Assembly (NCBI GenBank): GCA_040904565.1
Contig: JBBDTI010000035.1
Span: 1-40,954, forward strand
Source of the DNA: Rhodothermales bacterium
GTDB taxonomy: Bacteria; Bacteroidota; Rhodothermia; Rhodothermales; VXPQ01
Reading direction: 5' to 3'
Length of the DNA stretch: 40,954 nucleotides
The notes beneath the pieces were generated by a model, which made no database searches, had not been told where the DNA came from, and saw only the letters and a program-made list of their open reading frames with translations. The translations under genes were made by a program, and so were the position numbers. Positions within the stretch are counted from its first letter, which is position 1. The number at the start of each line of letters is the position of its first letter. Below are positions 28,757-36,933 of this stretch, one piece after another.

Positions 28757-30316
28757 TTATTCGGACGCCAGTCGCAGGCCCTTTGGGACGACGAGCCGTT
28801 CGGCAAGTTCAAACAGCCCCTGTGCGACGAGTGCGAGAACGGCGGCCGGGATGGCGCCTTCGAAGATGAGGCCCATGTCGTCGAGCCGAATGCCTGTCAG
28901 GATGGGCTGTCCATAGCCGCCGGCACCAATCAGTGCGCCGAGTGTTGCCGTACCGATATTGATTACGGCCGAGGTCTTGATGCCCGCCAGAATACTGCGC
29001 GAGGCCAGCGGCAGCTCGACAAGTCGCAGCTTGGCGTACGGCTTCAAACCGATCGCGTCGGCCGATTCGAGCAGGTGCGGCGGGATGCCTTTGAGTCCGG
29101 CGTGCGTGTTGCGCACGATCGGCAGCAGGCTGTAGAGAAACAGCGCCAGGATGGCGGGCGGGCCGCCGATGCCGAGCAGCGGGATCATGAACACCAGCAG
29201 CGCCAGCGAGGGAATCGTGTAGATCACGCCGACGATGCCGAGGACGATCTGCTCGAGTGCGGCTACCTTGGCGGCGAGCACGCCGAGGGGGATCGACAGC
29301 AGGATCGCGCCGGCGAGTGAGATGGCGACGAGGAACAGGTGGTCCTTCGTGTGGCGCCAGATGCGGTCGGCCCGGGTTGGGATGTTCTCGGGCCGGGACG
29401 ATGAGAGTCCCATCGTCTGCCCCAGAAAATCTGCGGCGATGCGCTGCTCGGGGACGCGTTCGATCTTGGCCCGGGCATTGAGCTCGATCATCCTATTCTG
29501 GCTGATGCTCCCCTGAAGCTGCTCGAGCGCCGCGACGACGTCCCGGGGCACGTCGAGACGGTACAGGAAGACGGCGCGATATTCCGGGAAAAAGTCCAGG
29601 TCGTCCACCAGAACTTTAAGGTCGTAATACGCGATCTCCGCGTCGGTCGCATAGAGGTCGGTGACGTCTACCGAGCGTGCCTCCAGGCCTCGATAGGCGA
29701 GGTCGTGGTCCATGCCCCGTGCGTTCCCGTGCGGGAACTCGTAGGCGTCGCGGAGCCCGGGCCAGCCGTCGGCGCGGTCCATAAACTCGTTGCTGAAGGC
29801 CGGCGACAGGTCTGGGTGATCGCGCAGGTCGGAAATCGTTTCGATACCCAGCGAATCGGCCACCTCCCGGTTCATCCCGATCGCGTAGGTGTTGTTGAAA
29901 CCGAGGGGCTCGGTCATGCCGATCCCCTCGGTTTCGAGGACGGGACGGAGGCTGTCTGCGTCTACCTCTCGCCCCGCGAAGATTTCCTGCACGAGGGTAC
30001 CCGTGTATTCGGGATACGCGTCCACGTCGTCCGCAAGCAAGGCATTCCAAAGAAATCGGGTACCGCCCAGCTCACGCCGGTGCTGAGCCGGATAGCCGGC
30101 CGACTCCGCGAGCTGGACGCCGATCTCGCCGAGGACGACGGATTCTGTGAACGTCTTCGACCCGACCGTGATGGTCGTCTGCGCGGCGACCGGCCCGGCC
30201 GGCGTGAATGCGGCCGCGATGATGACGGCCGCCGCGATCAGCGTCGCCACCCGGCGCGCGGTCATGCCGGGCGGAGAGGGGCCTCGTGTCGCAGGCGACA
30301 TAGACAGCTTCTTCAT
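28757..30316 (-). CDS. Osmoprotectant (glycine betaine/proline/choline) ABC fused substrate-binding/permease protein
   Basis: VGSKTFTESVVLGE, YPEYTGT, GFNNTYA; permease TIPSLALL, LYSLLPIVRNT, ATLGALIGAGGYG. ATG 30316 overlaps the ATPase stop. Confidence 0.9.
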   Translation of the reverse strand: MKKLSMSPATRGPSPPGMTARRVATLIAAAVIIAAAFTPAGPVAAQTTITVGSKTFTESVVLGEIGVQLAESAGYPAQHRRELGGTRFLWNALLADDVDAYPEYTGTLVQEIFAGREVDADSLRPVLETEGIGMTEPLGFNNTYAIGMNREVADSLGIETISDLRDHPDLSPAFSNEFMDRADGWPGLRDAYEFPHGNARGMDHDLAYRGLEARSVDVTDLYATDAEIAYYDLKVLVDDLDFFPEYRAVFLYRLDVPRDVVAALEQLQGSISQNRMIELNARAKIERVPEQRIAADFLGQTMGLSSSRPENIPTRADRIWRHTKDHLFLVAISLAGAILLSIPLGVLAAKVAALEQIVLGIVGVIYTIPSLALLVFMIPLLGIGGPPAILALFLYSLLPIVRNTHAGLKGIPPHLLESADAIGLKPYAKLRLVELPLASRSILAGIKTSAVINIGTATLGALIGAGGYGQPILTGIRLDDMGLIFEGAIPAAVLALVAQGLFELAERLVVPKGLRLASE

Positions 30317-31059
30317 GCGCGGTCGAGGGAATCGAGTGGAGATCGTTGGGCGCGCACGAATTCGTCCACGAACGGATCGGCGGGCTCGTGCAGCAGATGG
30401 TGCAGGGTGCCCTCCTGTACGACCCGGCCGCTGCGAAGGAGCACGATGCGCTCGGCGAAATGGGCCGCTTCGCCGATGTTGTGCGTAACGAGGACGACGG
30501 TTTTGCCGAGCGTGGCAAAAATCTGCTTGAGTTCGTCCTGCAGGCCGGCGCGGATCATGGGGTCGAGCGCACCGAGGGGTTCGTCGAGCAGCAGCACGTC
30601 CGGGTCCAGCATGAGCGCGCGCATGAGGCTGATCCGCTGCCGCTGTCCGCCCGAAAGCTGAGACGGATAACTCTGCAGCCGTTCCAGGGGAATGTCCACC
30701 AGGTCGCTGAGCTCTTCGACACGGTTCACGATCCGCTGTGCGTTCCATCCCATGCGGCGGGCCATCAGCACGACGTTCTCGCGGGCCGTGAGGTGGGGAA
30801 ACAGGCCGCCTTCCTGGATGACGTACCCCATGCGCCGGCGCAGGTGGACCACGTTCTTGGGGCGGAGGACTTCACGCTCGACGCGAATCAATCCCGTGTC
30901 GGGCCGGATGAGTCCGACGATCAGCCGCAGGATGGTCGACTTCCCGCATCCGCTTGGGCCGATCAGCACGGTCGTCTCCCCCTCCGGAAACTCGAGCGAC
31001 ATCGGTTCGAGTGCCCGGACGGCACCGTAGGACTTGGAGACGTTTTCGAATTCGATCAT
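30313..31059 (-). CDS. Osmoprotectant ABC ATP-binding subunit
   Basis: MIEFENVSKSY start, GPSGCGKST, MGYVIQEGGLFPH, LSGGQRQR, LDEPLGALDP. Confidence 0.92.
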   Translation of the reverse strand: MIEFENVSKSYGAVRALEPMSLEFPEGETTVLIGPSGCGKSTILRLIVGLIRPDTGLIRVEREVLRPKNVVHLRRRMGYVIQEGGLFPHLTARENVVLMARRMGWNAQRIVNRVEELSDLVDIPLERLQSYPSQLSGGQRQRISLMRALMLDPDVLLLDEPLGALDPMIRAGLQDELKQIFATLGKTVVLVTHNIGEAAHFAERIVLLRSGRVVQEGTLHHLLHEPADPFVDEFVRAQRSPLDSLDRA

Positions 31060-31210
31060 GAAGGGACGGAGAGGATGTCGCCACACGTACGGCAATATGC
31101 GAAAGCGGCGGCAGAGATTCGGGGCGCGGTGGAACGGTGCACGTGTTTGAAGAAAATATGAGTACCCGCGGGACGGCAAACTGGTGCCCGTTAGGGAGGG
31201 ATCAAGAGCG

Positions 31211-31239
31211 TTGACAGTGCGTGGAAGCGTCCTTAGATT
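31211..31239 (+). promoter_or_regulatory. Sigma70-type promoter for tRNA-Thr
   Basis: TTGACA (31211-31216), 17-bp spacer, TAGATT (31234-31239), followed by a GC-rich discriminator. Confidence 0.7.
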
Positions 31240-31333
31240 GCGGCCCCTCCAGATTGCGGGTGCTTCGCGGGGATTACACGGGGATTTCCGCACGCGCATG
31301 CCCGCTTCTGCGACGCGGTTCGCGACTACACCG

Positions 31334-31406
31334 GCCAACGTAGCTCAGCTGGTAGAGCAGCTCACTCGTAATGAGCAGGTCACCGGTTCAAGTCCGGTCG
31401 TTGGCT
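31334..31406 (+). tRNA. tRNA-Thr(CGT)
   Basis: Acceptor GCCAACG/CGTTGGC, D-arm GCTC-AGCTGGTA-GAGC, anticodon stem GCTCA/TGAGC with loop CT-CGT-AA, T-arm ACCGG-TTCAAGT-CCGGT; CCA not encoded. Confidence 0.97.
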
Positions 31407-31412
31407 CACTAG

Positions 31413-31458
31413 AAAACGCCCTAATTGACGCTGAAAGGCTGATTTTGGGGCGTTTTTT
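31413..31458 (+). terminator. Hairpin plus T-tract after the tRNA
   Basis: AAAACGCCCTAA ... TTGGGGCGTTTT, then a further TT. Confidence 0.6.
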
Positions 31459-31686
31459 GTTTGTGGCGGATTTGCTCAAAACGAGCCGTGCAAGATATAT
31501 GCAAGATGCGAGCGGGGAGTTTGTGGAAAAGTCGACGCTCTCGCAACGGAGCAACGGGCCGGGCATAGGCATTCATACAGTGCATGGACGGGTATACACG
31601 CGCAACAAGATGCTCAATTACGAATCATGGACGGAAGCATACGATCGGAAGGATTTGCTATACTGGCATCCCGAATCTCGAAGGCC

Positions 31687-32307
31687 ATGAAGCCGATCTC
31701 GGGACTCGTTCCTAGTACATCAATTGCGTATCACCTCGGACAGTGGCGTGACGTGCCATCGGATGTGTGGGAGGACTCCCCTTCTTACGCAAAGCGAGTT
31801 TTGAGGGAGTGCGATGCGGAGACCAAAATCAACGGTCGAATCGTGGGGTTGCGCAATCTATCGAATGAAGCGAGACGAATTGAAGGGTTGGCAGTAGAGG
31901 CACGTCGCGATTGGAAGAATAGTGCCTCCGAAGATGTGAGGCGCATCGCACATAAGAACGCAATTGTTCTGGAGGCACGAGCGCGGATTATCCGTCGATT
32001 TGTCGCGCGTCGCTCGCTAGGCGATCACTCATTGAATGTCAACGAAGATGCCATAGCGGGCGCCAGCGAACCAAGCTATTCCGATCTCTTCGACAAATCT
32101 CGGACGGAGCTCGAGGAAGTATGGTCTGATCGGCATGCAAGACCGAGGCTTATATACGAGATGCGGTTCAGCTTCGGGACAGAATGGCGCGAGCAATTCG
32201 ATGCGATCGTTGAAGAGGCGAAGAGGTTCGGGCTAGAGAAGCCGTACAAGAATCACAAATCCATGAAGTCGGCGATGCATCGTTTTGCTGAACGCAATGA
32301 CGTATGA
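31687..32307 (+). CDS. Hypothetical protein (first island ORF; alternative start 31627)
   Basis: ORF of about 206 aa filling the space between the att region and xis; no recognisable motif. Confidence 0.6.
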   Translation: MKPISGLVPSTSIAYHLGQWRDVPSDVWEDSPSYAKRVLRECDAETKINGRIVGLRNLSNEARRIEGLAVEARRDWKNSASEDVRRIAHKNAIVLEARARIIRRFVARRSLGDHSLNVNEDAIAGASEPSYSDLFDKSRTELEEVWSDRHARPRLIYEMRFSFGTEWREQFDAIVEEAKRFGLEKPYKNHKSMKSAMHRFAERNDV

Positions 32308-32435
32308 CGTAATTCCGTAAACGAACTCGTCAACGTTACCTCTAGAGGTTACGCCCCGACGTGCACGAAAATGGGTTCAGGCGCAGGACAAAGCGCTTGG
32401 ACCCATTTTTTTGTTGCACTCAATTCAGGCACGTG

Positions 32436-32636
32436 ATGGAAGCGACCGAGCGAATCGAACCTCGCGCACTGGACGCGAAGCAGGCGGCATGCTACGTCAA
32501 CATCTCTCTCCGAAAGCTTGACGAGCTCCAGGCAGCGGGCGAGCTCAGGCCCATCCGTATCGGGCGCAAGCGGCTTTTCCTCCGCGAGCAGCTTGATGCG
32601 CTTCTCAAGCGCGCGGCAACTCAGCAAGTTGGATAG
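32436..32636 (+). CDS. Excisionase-family helix-turn-helix protein (HTH_17)
   Basis: ALDAKQAACYVNISLRKLDELQAAGELRPIRIGRKRLFLREQLDALL fits the Xis pattern. Confidence 0.85.
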   Translation: MEATERIEPRALDAKQAACYVNISLRKLDELQAAGELRPIRIGRKRLFLREQLDALLKRAATQQVG

Positions 32637-32644
32637 CACACATG

Positions 32645-32683
32645 AAAATGCCCGACCTCTTAGCGGGGAAATCGGGCGTTTTT
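32645..32683 (+). terminator. Hairpin/T-tract after xis (terminator or attenuator)
   Basis: AAAATGCCCGA ... TCGGGCGTTTTT inverted repeat. Confidence 0.5.
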
Positions 32684-32697
32684 GAAGATATGTCAAT

Positions 32698-32919
32698 ATG
32701 AGAAATCTACAGACGAAATCCGAAGGTAGCAAGCTGACCGCAGGCGACCACTCGGCCGCGCTTTACGGCGGCATTGCGCTTCACGGAGAGATTCCGCCCG
32801 CGATCGACAAAACAGCCGTTCTTGCAGATTGGCGACGTATCTGGCGCTCCGTGCTGTCGCAGCTGACGCCGATCCAGCTCGAGGCATTGCGCAACGAGCT
32901 CGCGGAGGTGGATCAATGA
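32698..32919 (+). CDS. Small hypothetical protein
   Basis: 73-aa ORF whose TGA overlaps the helicase ATG (ATGA), with GGAGG upstream of that ATG. Confidence 0.6.
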   Translation: MRNLQTKSEGSKLTAGDHSAALYGGIALHGEIPPAIDKTAVLADWRRIWRSVLSQLTPIQLEALRNELAEVDQ

Positions 32920-34337
32920 GACCGGATTCACTCAAGCTGATAGACCGTGAGATCGAAGAATATGCCAGTAACGGCAGGCTCAACGGGCACAACTACGTGG
33001 ACGACCGCCCGAATTTCGAGCATACCGACCTGGGCAATGCTGAGCGCTTCGTCCATCGGTTCGGTCACAATCTCATGTTCTGCAAGCCGTGGAGCTCATG
33101 GCTTGCTTTCAACGAGATTCGGTGGAAGGTTGACGACACTGGCGGTGAAAACCGCTATGCATACGAGCTCGTCCGCCAGATGCAGCGGGAGGCCGTCGAA
33201 ATCAAGGACAGTGATGCCCGTGATTCGGCGATGAAATGGGCGAGGCGCAGCCAGAGTGCATCCAAGCTCCGCGCGATGGTGAATCTGGCTGAAAGCATGG
33301 TGCCGGTCCTACCGGAAGCCCTCGACGCGGATAACTATCTCCTAAACGTTAAGAACGGAACCGTAGACCTCACGACTGGACGACTCCGGCCGCACCGGCA
33401 GAATGACCTTATCACAAAGCTCGCGCCCGTGACGTTCCGGCGTGACGCGACCTGTCCGCGATGGGAACGGCATCTGCTGGAAGTGTTCGATGGGGATGCT
33501 GAGTTGGCCCGCTATCTAAAGCGAAACGTCGGCTATGCGATGACGGGGGATGTCTCGGAGCAGATCATTACGATCCTCTATGGTTCAGGGGCCAACGGCA
33601 AAGGAGTGACGACTAATACGATCATGCACGTCTTGGGCGACTACGCCCAGTCGACGCGGCCGGATCTTCTGCTGTCCAGACGAGCTGGTAACGGCCCGAC
33701 GCCGGGCGAAGCTGCATTGAAAGGTGCGCGGTTTGTCTCCACGAGCGAGACAGGAAGCGGGCAGAAGTTCGATGAGGCGACGGTGAAGCGGTTGACAGGA
33801 GGGGACCGCATTCGCGCCCGGTTCAATCGACAAGATGAGTTCGAGTTCGATCCGACTCACAAGCTGTGGCTGGCGACGAACCACAAGCCGAGAATAGAGG
33901 GCACCGATTTTGCCATATGGCGCCGGATTCATCTCGTCCCCTTTACGGTCACGTTCACCGAGGAAAAACGCGACCGTGACCTCGAGGACACCCTCAAGGA
34001 CGAAGCATCGGGCATCCTGAACTGGATGATTGAGGGATGTCTGATGTGGCAGCAGGAGGGACTGAAGCCGCCACAGGCCGTGCAGAAAGCAACGAGCGAA
34101 TACAAATCCGAGATGGACGTACTGGCAGGCTTCCTAGAGGATTGTTGTGAGACGGGGATCGACGAGATGGAGGTGAAGGCTAGCCGTCTTTATGCGGAAT
34201 ACAAACAGTGGTGTGACCGCACTGGAGAACACGCTGAAACGCAGACTGGATTCGGTACACGACTATCAGAACGAGGCTTCGACAAGAAGCGGAAAAATGA
34301 CGGGAATTGGTACGTGGGCATCGGAATCAAGCAATGA
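32916..34337 (+). CDS. Phage/plasmid P4-family D5-like SF3 helicase (primase C-terminal type)
   Basis: HTDLGNAERF (D5_N), LLNVKNGTVDL, Walker A GSGANGKG, VKRLTGGDRIRARF, LATNHKP, AIWRRIHLVPF, C-terminal winged helix. Confidence 0.92.
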   Translation: MRPDSLKLIDREIEEYASNGRLNGHNYVDDRPNFEHTDLGNAERFVHRFGHNLMFCKPWSSWLAFNEIRWKVDDTGGENRYAYELVRQMQREAVEIKDSDARDSAMKWARRSQSASKLRAMVNLAESMVPVLPEALDADNYLLNVKNGTVDLTTGRLRPHRQNDLITKLAPVTFRRDATCPRWERHLLEVFDGDAELARYLKRNVGYAMTGDVSEQIITILYGSGANGKGVTTNTIMHVLGDYAQSTRPDLLLSRRAGNGPTPGEAALKGARFVSTSETGSGQKFDEATVKRLTGGDRIRARFNRQDEFEFDPTHKLWLATNHKPRIEGTDFAIWRRIHLVPFTVTFTEEKRDRDLEDTLKDEASGILNWMIEGCLMWQQEGLKPPQAVQKATSEYKSEMDVLAGFLEDCCETGIDEMEVKASRLYAEYKQWCDRTGEHAETQTGFGTRLSERGFDKKRKNDGNWYVGIGIKQ

Positions 34338-34350
34338 TCGGCCGAAAGCA

Positions 34351-34476
34351 TACACGATTCGTGTACGGTTTTCTCTCTGGTAGTGTATACCGTGTACCCG
34401 TTTTCGCATTGACCGCTAAGAAAAAAAGACATGTGGGTTTAAATGAAAAGGGGTTCACACCCTACACACCCTACAC
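34351..34476. other. Putative replication origin: inverted pentamer iterons flanking an AT-rich core
   Basis: GTGTA at 34361, 34383, 34392; TTCAC/TACAC at 34454, 34463, 34472 (9-bp period); A/T-rich spacer between them; directly downstream of the helicase. Confidence 0.7.
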
Positions 34477-34482
34477 GTGATA

Positions 34483-34848
34483 ATGCACCCCTCGAAACGA
34501 AAAGGCAATGACTTCGAGCGCGAGTTGCGCGATGCCTTCCACGAGGCCGGGCTGCGGTGCGTCCGTGCGTGGGGATCGAACGGCAAGACGCTCCGCACCG
34601 ACGACGGGCGCCCTTGCACGTCGGATGTGGACCTACTGGTAGAGGGCCGATTGAAGATCCAGGCAAAGCGGCGGAAGACAATAGCGCAGTACCTCAAGCC
34701 GCCGGAAGGGGCGCACGTGGCGATCGTGAGGGAGGACCGAGGGGAATCGGTGGTGACGATCCCGCTTGAGCTCTTCACATCGCTGGTTCGAAAAGTGTAC
34801 AGACCCGCGAATGCGGGATATCATCAACCAGACAACACAAACCAATGA
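34483..34848 (+). CDS. Hjc-like PD-(D/E)XK Holliday-junction resolvase
   Basis: SKRKGNDFERELRD...RAWGS...DVDLLV...IQAKR matches the archaeal/phage Hjc-type pattern. Confidence 0.75.
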   Translation: MHPSKRKGNDFERELRDAFHEAGLRCVRAWGSNGKTLRTDDGRPCTSDVDLLVEGRLKIQAKRRKTIAQYLKPPEGAHVAIVREDRGESVVTIPLELFTSLVRKVYRPANAGYHQPDNTNQ

Positions 34849-35465
34849 CGAAAGAGATCAACTTAGAAGTACGCGAGCACGAAGCCTTCAAGGCGATCGG
34901 AGAGAAGCGGCGCCGGGCGAAAAAGGACATCGCTCGACTGAATGAGATCGCAGCCGAAGCGGACCGCGAAGCCGAAGAAATGCGCAGCGCGCTCGGCCGG
35001 ATTGAGCTCGCCAAAGAGATGGGCCAAGAGGCGGACGAGGCCGAGGACGTCAGCGGTCGGCTCCAGCGCGCCGAAGTCAAGGCCAGTGAGGCCCGCGCGG
35101 AGGCGAAGAGGCGACAGGCGGTGATCGACGATCTTCAAGACGAACTGGTCGCCGTGATCCGTACGGTCTCCGACGAGATCAATGAGGTGGCTCACGAGCA
35201 GATCCGGACGCTCTCGCAGCGAGCCGTCGAATTGCAGCGACAGCTCCACGAGGTGCAGGAAGAGGTGAGCGGGGTCGAGGATTCCATCCAGCAGAGCGCG
35301 CGGAGGATCTACAACCGCTACCAAACGCATTCGGTCCGGCTTCCGCATGACAGCGTCGTGCTGGAGTTCAAGACGAACCCCATGCACAATGGATACACGA
35401 ACGGAATGCGCAAGCACTTCGAGCGCGTGCGCGCCTTGGGCTACGAAACCGAGAGGATAAAATGA
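34845..35465 (+). CDS. Coiled-coil hypothetical protein
   Basis: Long A/E/R/Q-rich heptad helices; ATGA-coupled on both sides. Confidence 0.75.
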   Translation: MTKEINLEVREHEAFKAIGEKRRRAKKDIARLNEIAAEADREAEEMRSALGRIELAKEMGQEADEAEDVSGRLQRAEVKASEARAEAKRRQAVIDDLQDELVAVIRTVSDEINEVAHEQIRTLSQRAVELQRQLHEVQEEVSGVEDSIQQSARRIYNRYQTHSVRLPHDSVVLEFKTNPMHNGYTNGMRKHFERVRALGYETERIK

Positions 35466-36112
35466 AACACGAGATTGAGATTCGAAGCTATTCGGCCAAG
35501 TTCACGGCAGGGGCGCGCAACCTCCACATCTTCACGCCGCTATACAACGAGCGGTCGGGAGACCTGGGGGGCTTTCACGAAGTGGTTAGACCAGGCGCCT
35601 TCACGGCATCTATTCGGCGCGGAGATGCATCCGTATTTGGACGGACCGACAGCACCGTACTCGCATCCGCCCGGCGAAACACGCTCAGCGTCACGGACGG
35701 CGACCGGGGGCTCACGTTTACGTTCAAGCGGTCCGGGAAGAGTGAACACATCGAAGGCATTGCCGATAGCGTGACACTCGACATGGTCGTTCTACGGGAC
35801 GCCTGGAGCGAATTGCGCGGCGTCAAGCTCCGCGAGCTTCTGGATGTAAGCATAGTGAATGTGAGGCCCGGTTTCGCTGACGACGTGTTGGTCGGTGAAC
35901 GGGCACAAAAGCGAGTGCGCGACTGGACTTCGGAGCGAGAGATAGCGCGCCGTCATCTGGACGCCTTGGCCGCACAGGAGCACCGGGCAGCACGCCTCGC
36001 CTCATGGCCGGAGAGGTTGTCCGTTGATGAGAAACGCAGGCTCGGTATTGCGCTCACGAAGGAAGATCGGGACCGCATTCTCTGGGACGCCTTCGACCGC
36101 CACTACGGATGA
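35462..36112 (+). CDS. HK97-type prohead protease (S78) homologue, apparently non-catalytic
   Basis: YNERSGDLGGFHEVVRPGAF and VLA...TLSVTDGDRGLTF match the family; the NHD and MSFGF catalytic motifs are not found. Confidence 0.7.
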   Translation: MKHEIEIRSYSAKFTAGARNLHIFTPLYNERSGDLGGFHEVVRPGAFTASIRRGDASVFGRTDSTVLASARRNTLSVTDGDRGLTFTFKRSGKSEHIEGIADSVTLDMVVLRDAWSELRGVKLRELLDVSIVNVRPGFADDVLVGERAQKRVRDWTSEREIARRHLDALAAQEHRAARLASWPERLSVDEKRRLGIALTKEDRDRILWDAFDRHYG

Positions 36113-36612
36113 TCCGGCGCACCTACACGAACCCGTACGTTGCCCTTGCGGCCGAAGATATGGCGTGGTGGGTATCGCTCGATTTGGGATTGCGAGATCC
36201 CGGCGAGCCTATCTGGATTACCATCGACTTCGTGGAAACGCTGGAGGCCAGGACCTACGGCTACTACTGGCCCCGAACGATCCATGTCGAGCTCCGCCGG
36301 GAGATGGATGAATACGAAGCGGCCGCGACGGCAGCGCACGAACTGCGTCACTGTTGGCAGTATCGGCACTGGTCGGAGGAAGAGCTTGCGTCTCACGAGA
36401 GAAAGGAAGCCGACTGCCGCGAATACGAGGAAGAGGCCATGCGGAGGTTCTGGAGCCCGTACAGGCACAACGGGTCTGACCTGCTCGGAGCCGTCGGACG
36501 CAGGAAGAGAGAGGCGACGTCAACGACAACCGGGGCGGGGTCAAAGAGCTACGCCGTGGAGCCAAATGACCGTCGGGGCAGCAGGAATTTTAATTGCGGT
36601 ACAGAAAACTGA
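36109..36612 (+). CDS. HExxH zinc metallopeptidase-like protein
   Basis: TYGYY...TIHV...TAAHELRHCWQY...KEADCREYE (HExxH plus a downstream Glu). Confidence 0.7.
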   Translation: MIRRTYTNPYVALAAEDMAWWVSLDLGLRDPGEPIWITIDFVETLEARTYGYYWPRTIHVELRREMDEYEAAATAAHELRHCWQYRHWSEEELASHERKEADCREYEEEAMRRFWSPYRHNGSDLLGAVGRRKREATSTTTGAGSKSYAVEPNDRRGSRNFNCGTEN

Positions 36613-36625
36613 ATAAAAAACCGGC

Positions 36626-36931
36626 ATGAGCGACGCACGTTTGACAGCGCAGATCGAGCACTTGCAGGACCATACGCAGCAGTGGGTTCGTGACCTGGTT
36701 CGCAGCTACACGTTCGAGCCGGTCCAGCTGAAACTGCTCATACTGGCTGCGGAGGCGCACGAGCGGTGCTCGGAGGCGCGTGAGCAGCTGAAACGGGACG
36801 GGATCACGATCAAGGATCGGTTCGACCAGATCAAGCGGCACCCCGCTGTTCAGATCGAGCGTGATTCGAGGCTTTCGTTTTCGAAGCTCATGCGGCAACT
36901 GAAACTAGACCTCGACCCACCGGAGATGTAG
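36626..36931 (+). CDS. P27-family (HK97-like) phage terminase small subunit
   Basis: LLILAAEAHERCSEAREQLKRDGITIKDRFDQIKRHPAVQIERDSRLSFSKLMRQLKLD. Confidence 0.82.
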   Translation: MSDARLTAQIEHLQDHTQQWVRDLVRSYTFEPVQLKLLILAAEAHERCSEAREQLKRDGITIKDRFDQIKRHPAVQIERDSRLSFSKLMRQLKLDLDPPEM

Positions 36932-36933
36932 AG

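Noticed and set aside
31257-31305. Structured leader before tRNA-Thr as a separate ncRNA or second tRNA
   Set aside because: It can form a GC-rich hairpin but has no cloverleaf or recognisable family features; most likely just precursor leader.
30317-31690. Long N-terminal extensions of the ABC genes (to 30748 and 31338) and ORF 31184-31690
   Set aside because: They overlap the neighbouring gene, the tRNA promoter or the tRNA; better starts exist at 30316 and 31059.
31627-32307. First island ORF as the integrase
   Set aside because: No tyrosine-recombinase R...HxxR...Y or serine-recombinase motifs, and it is too short.
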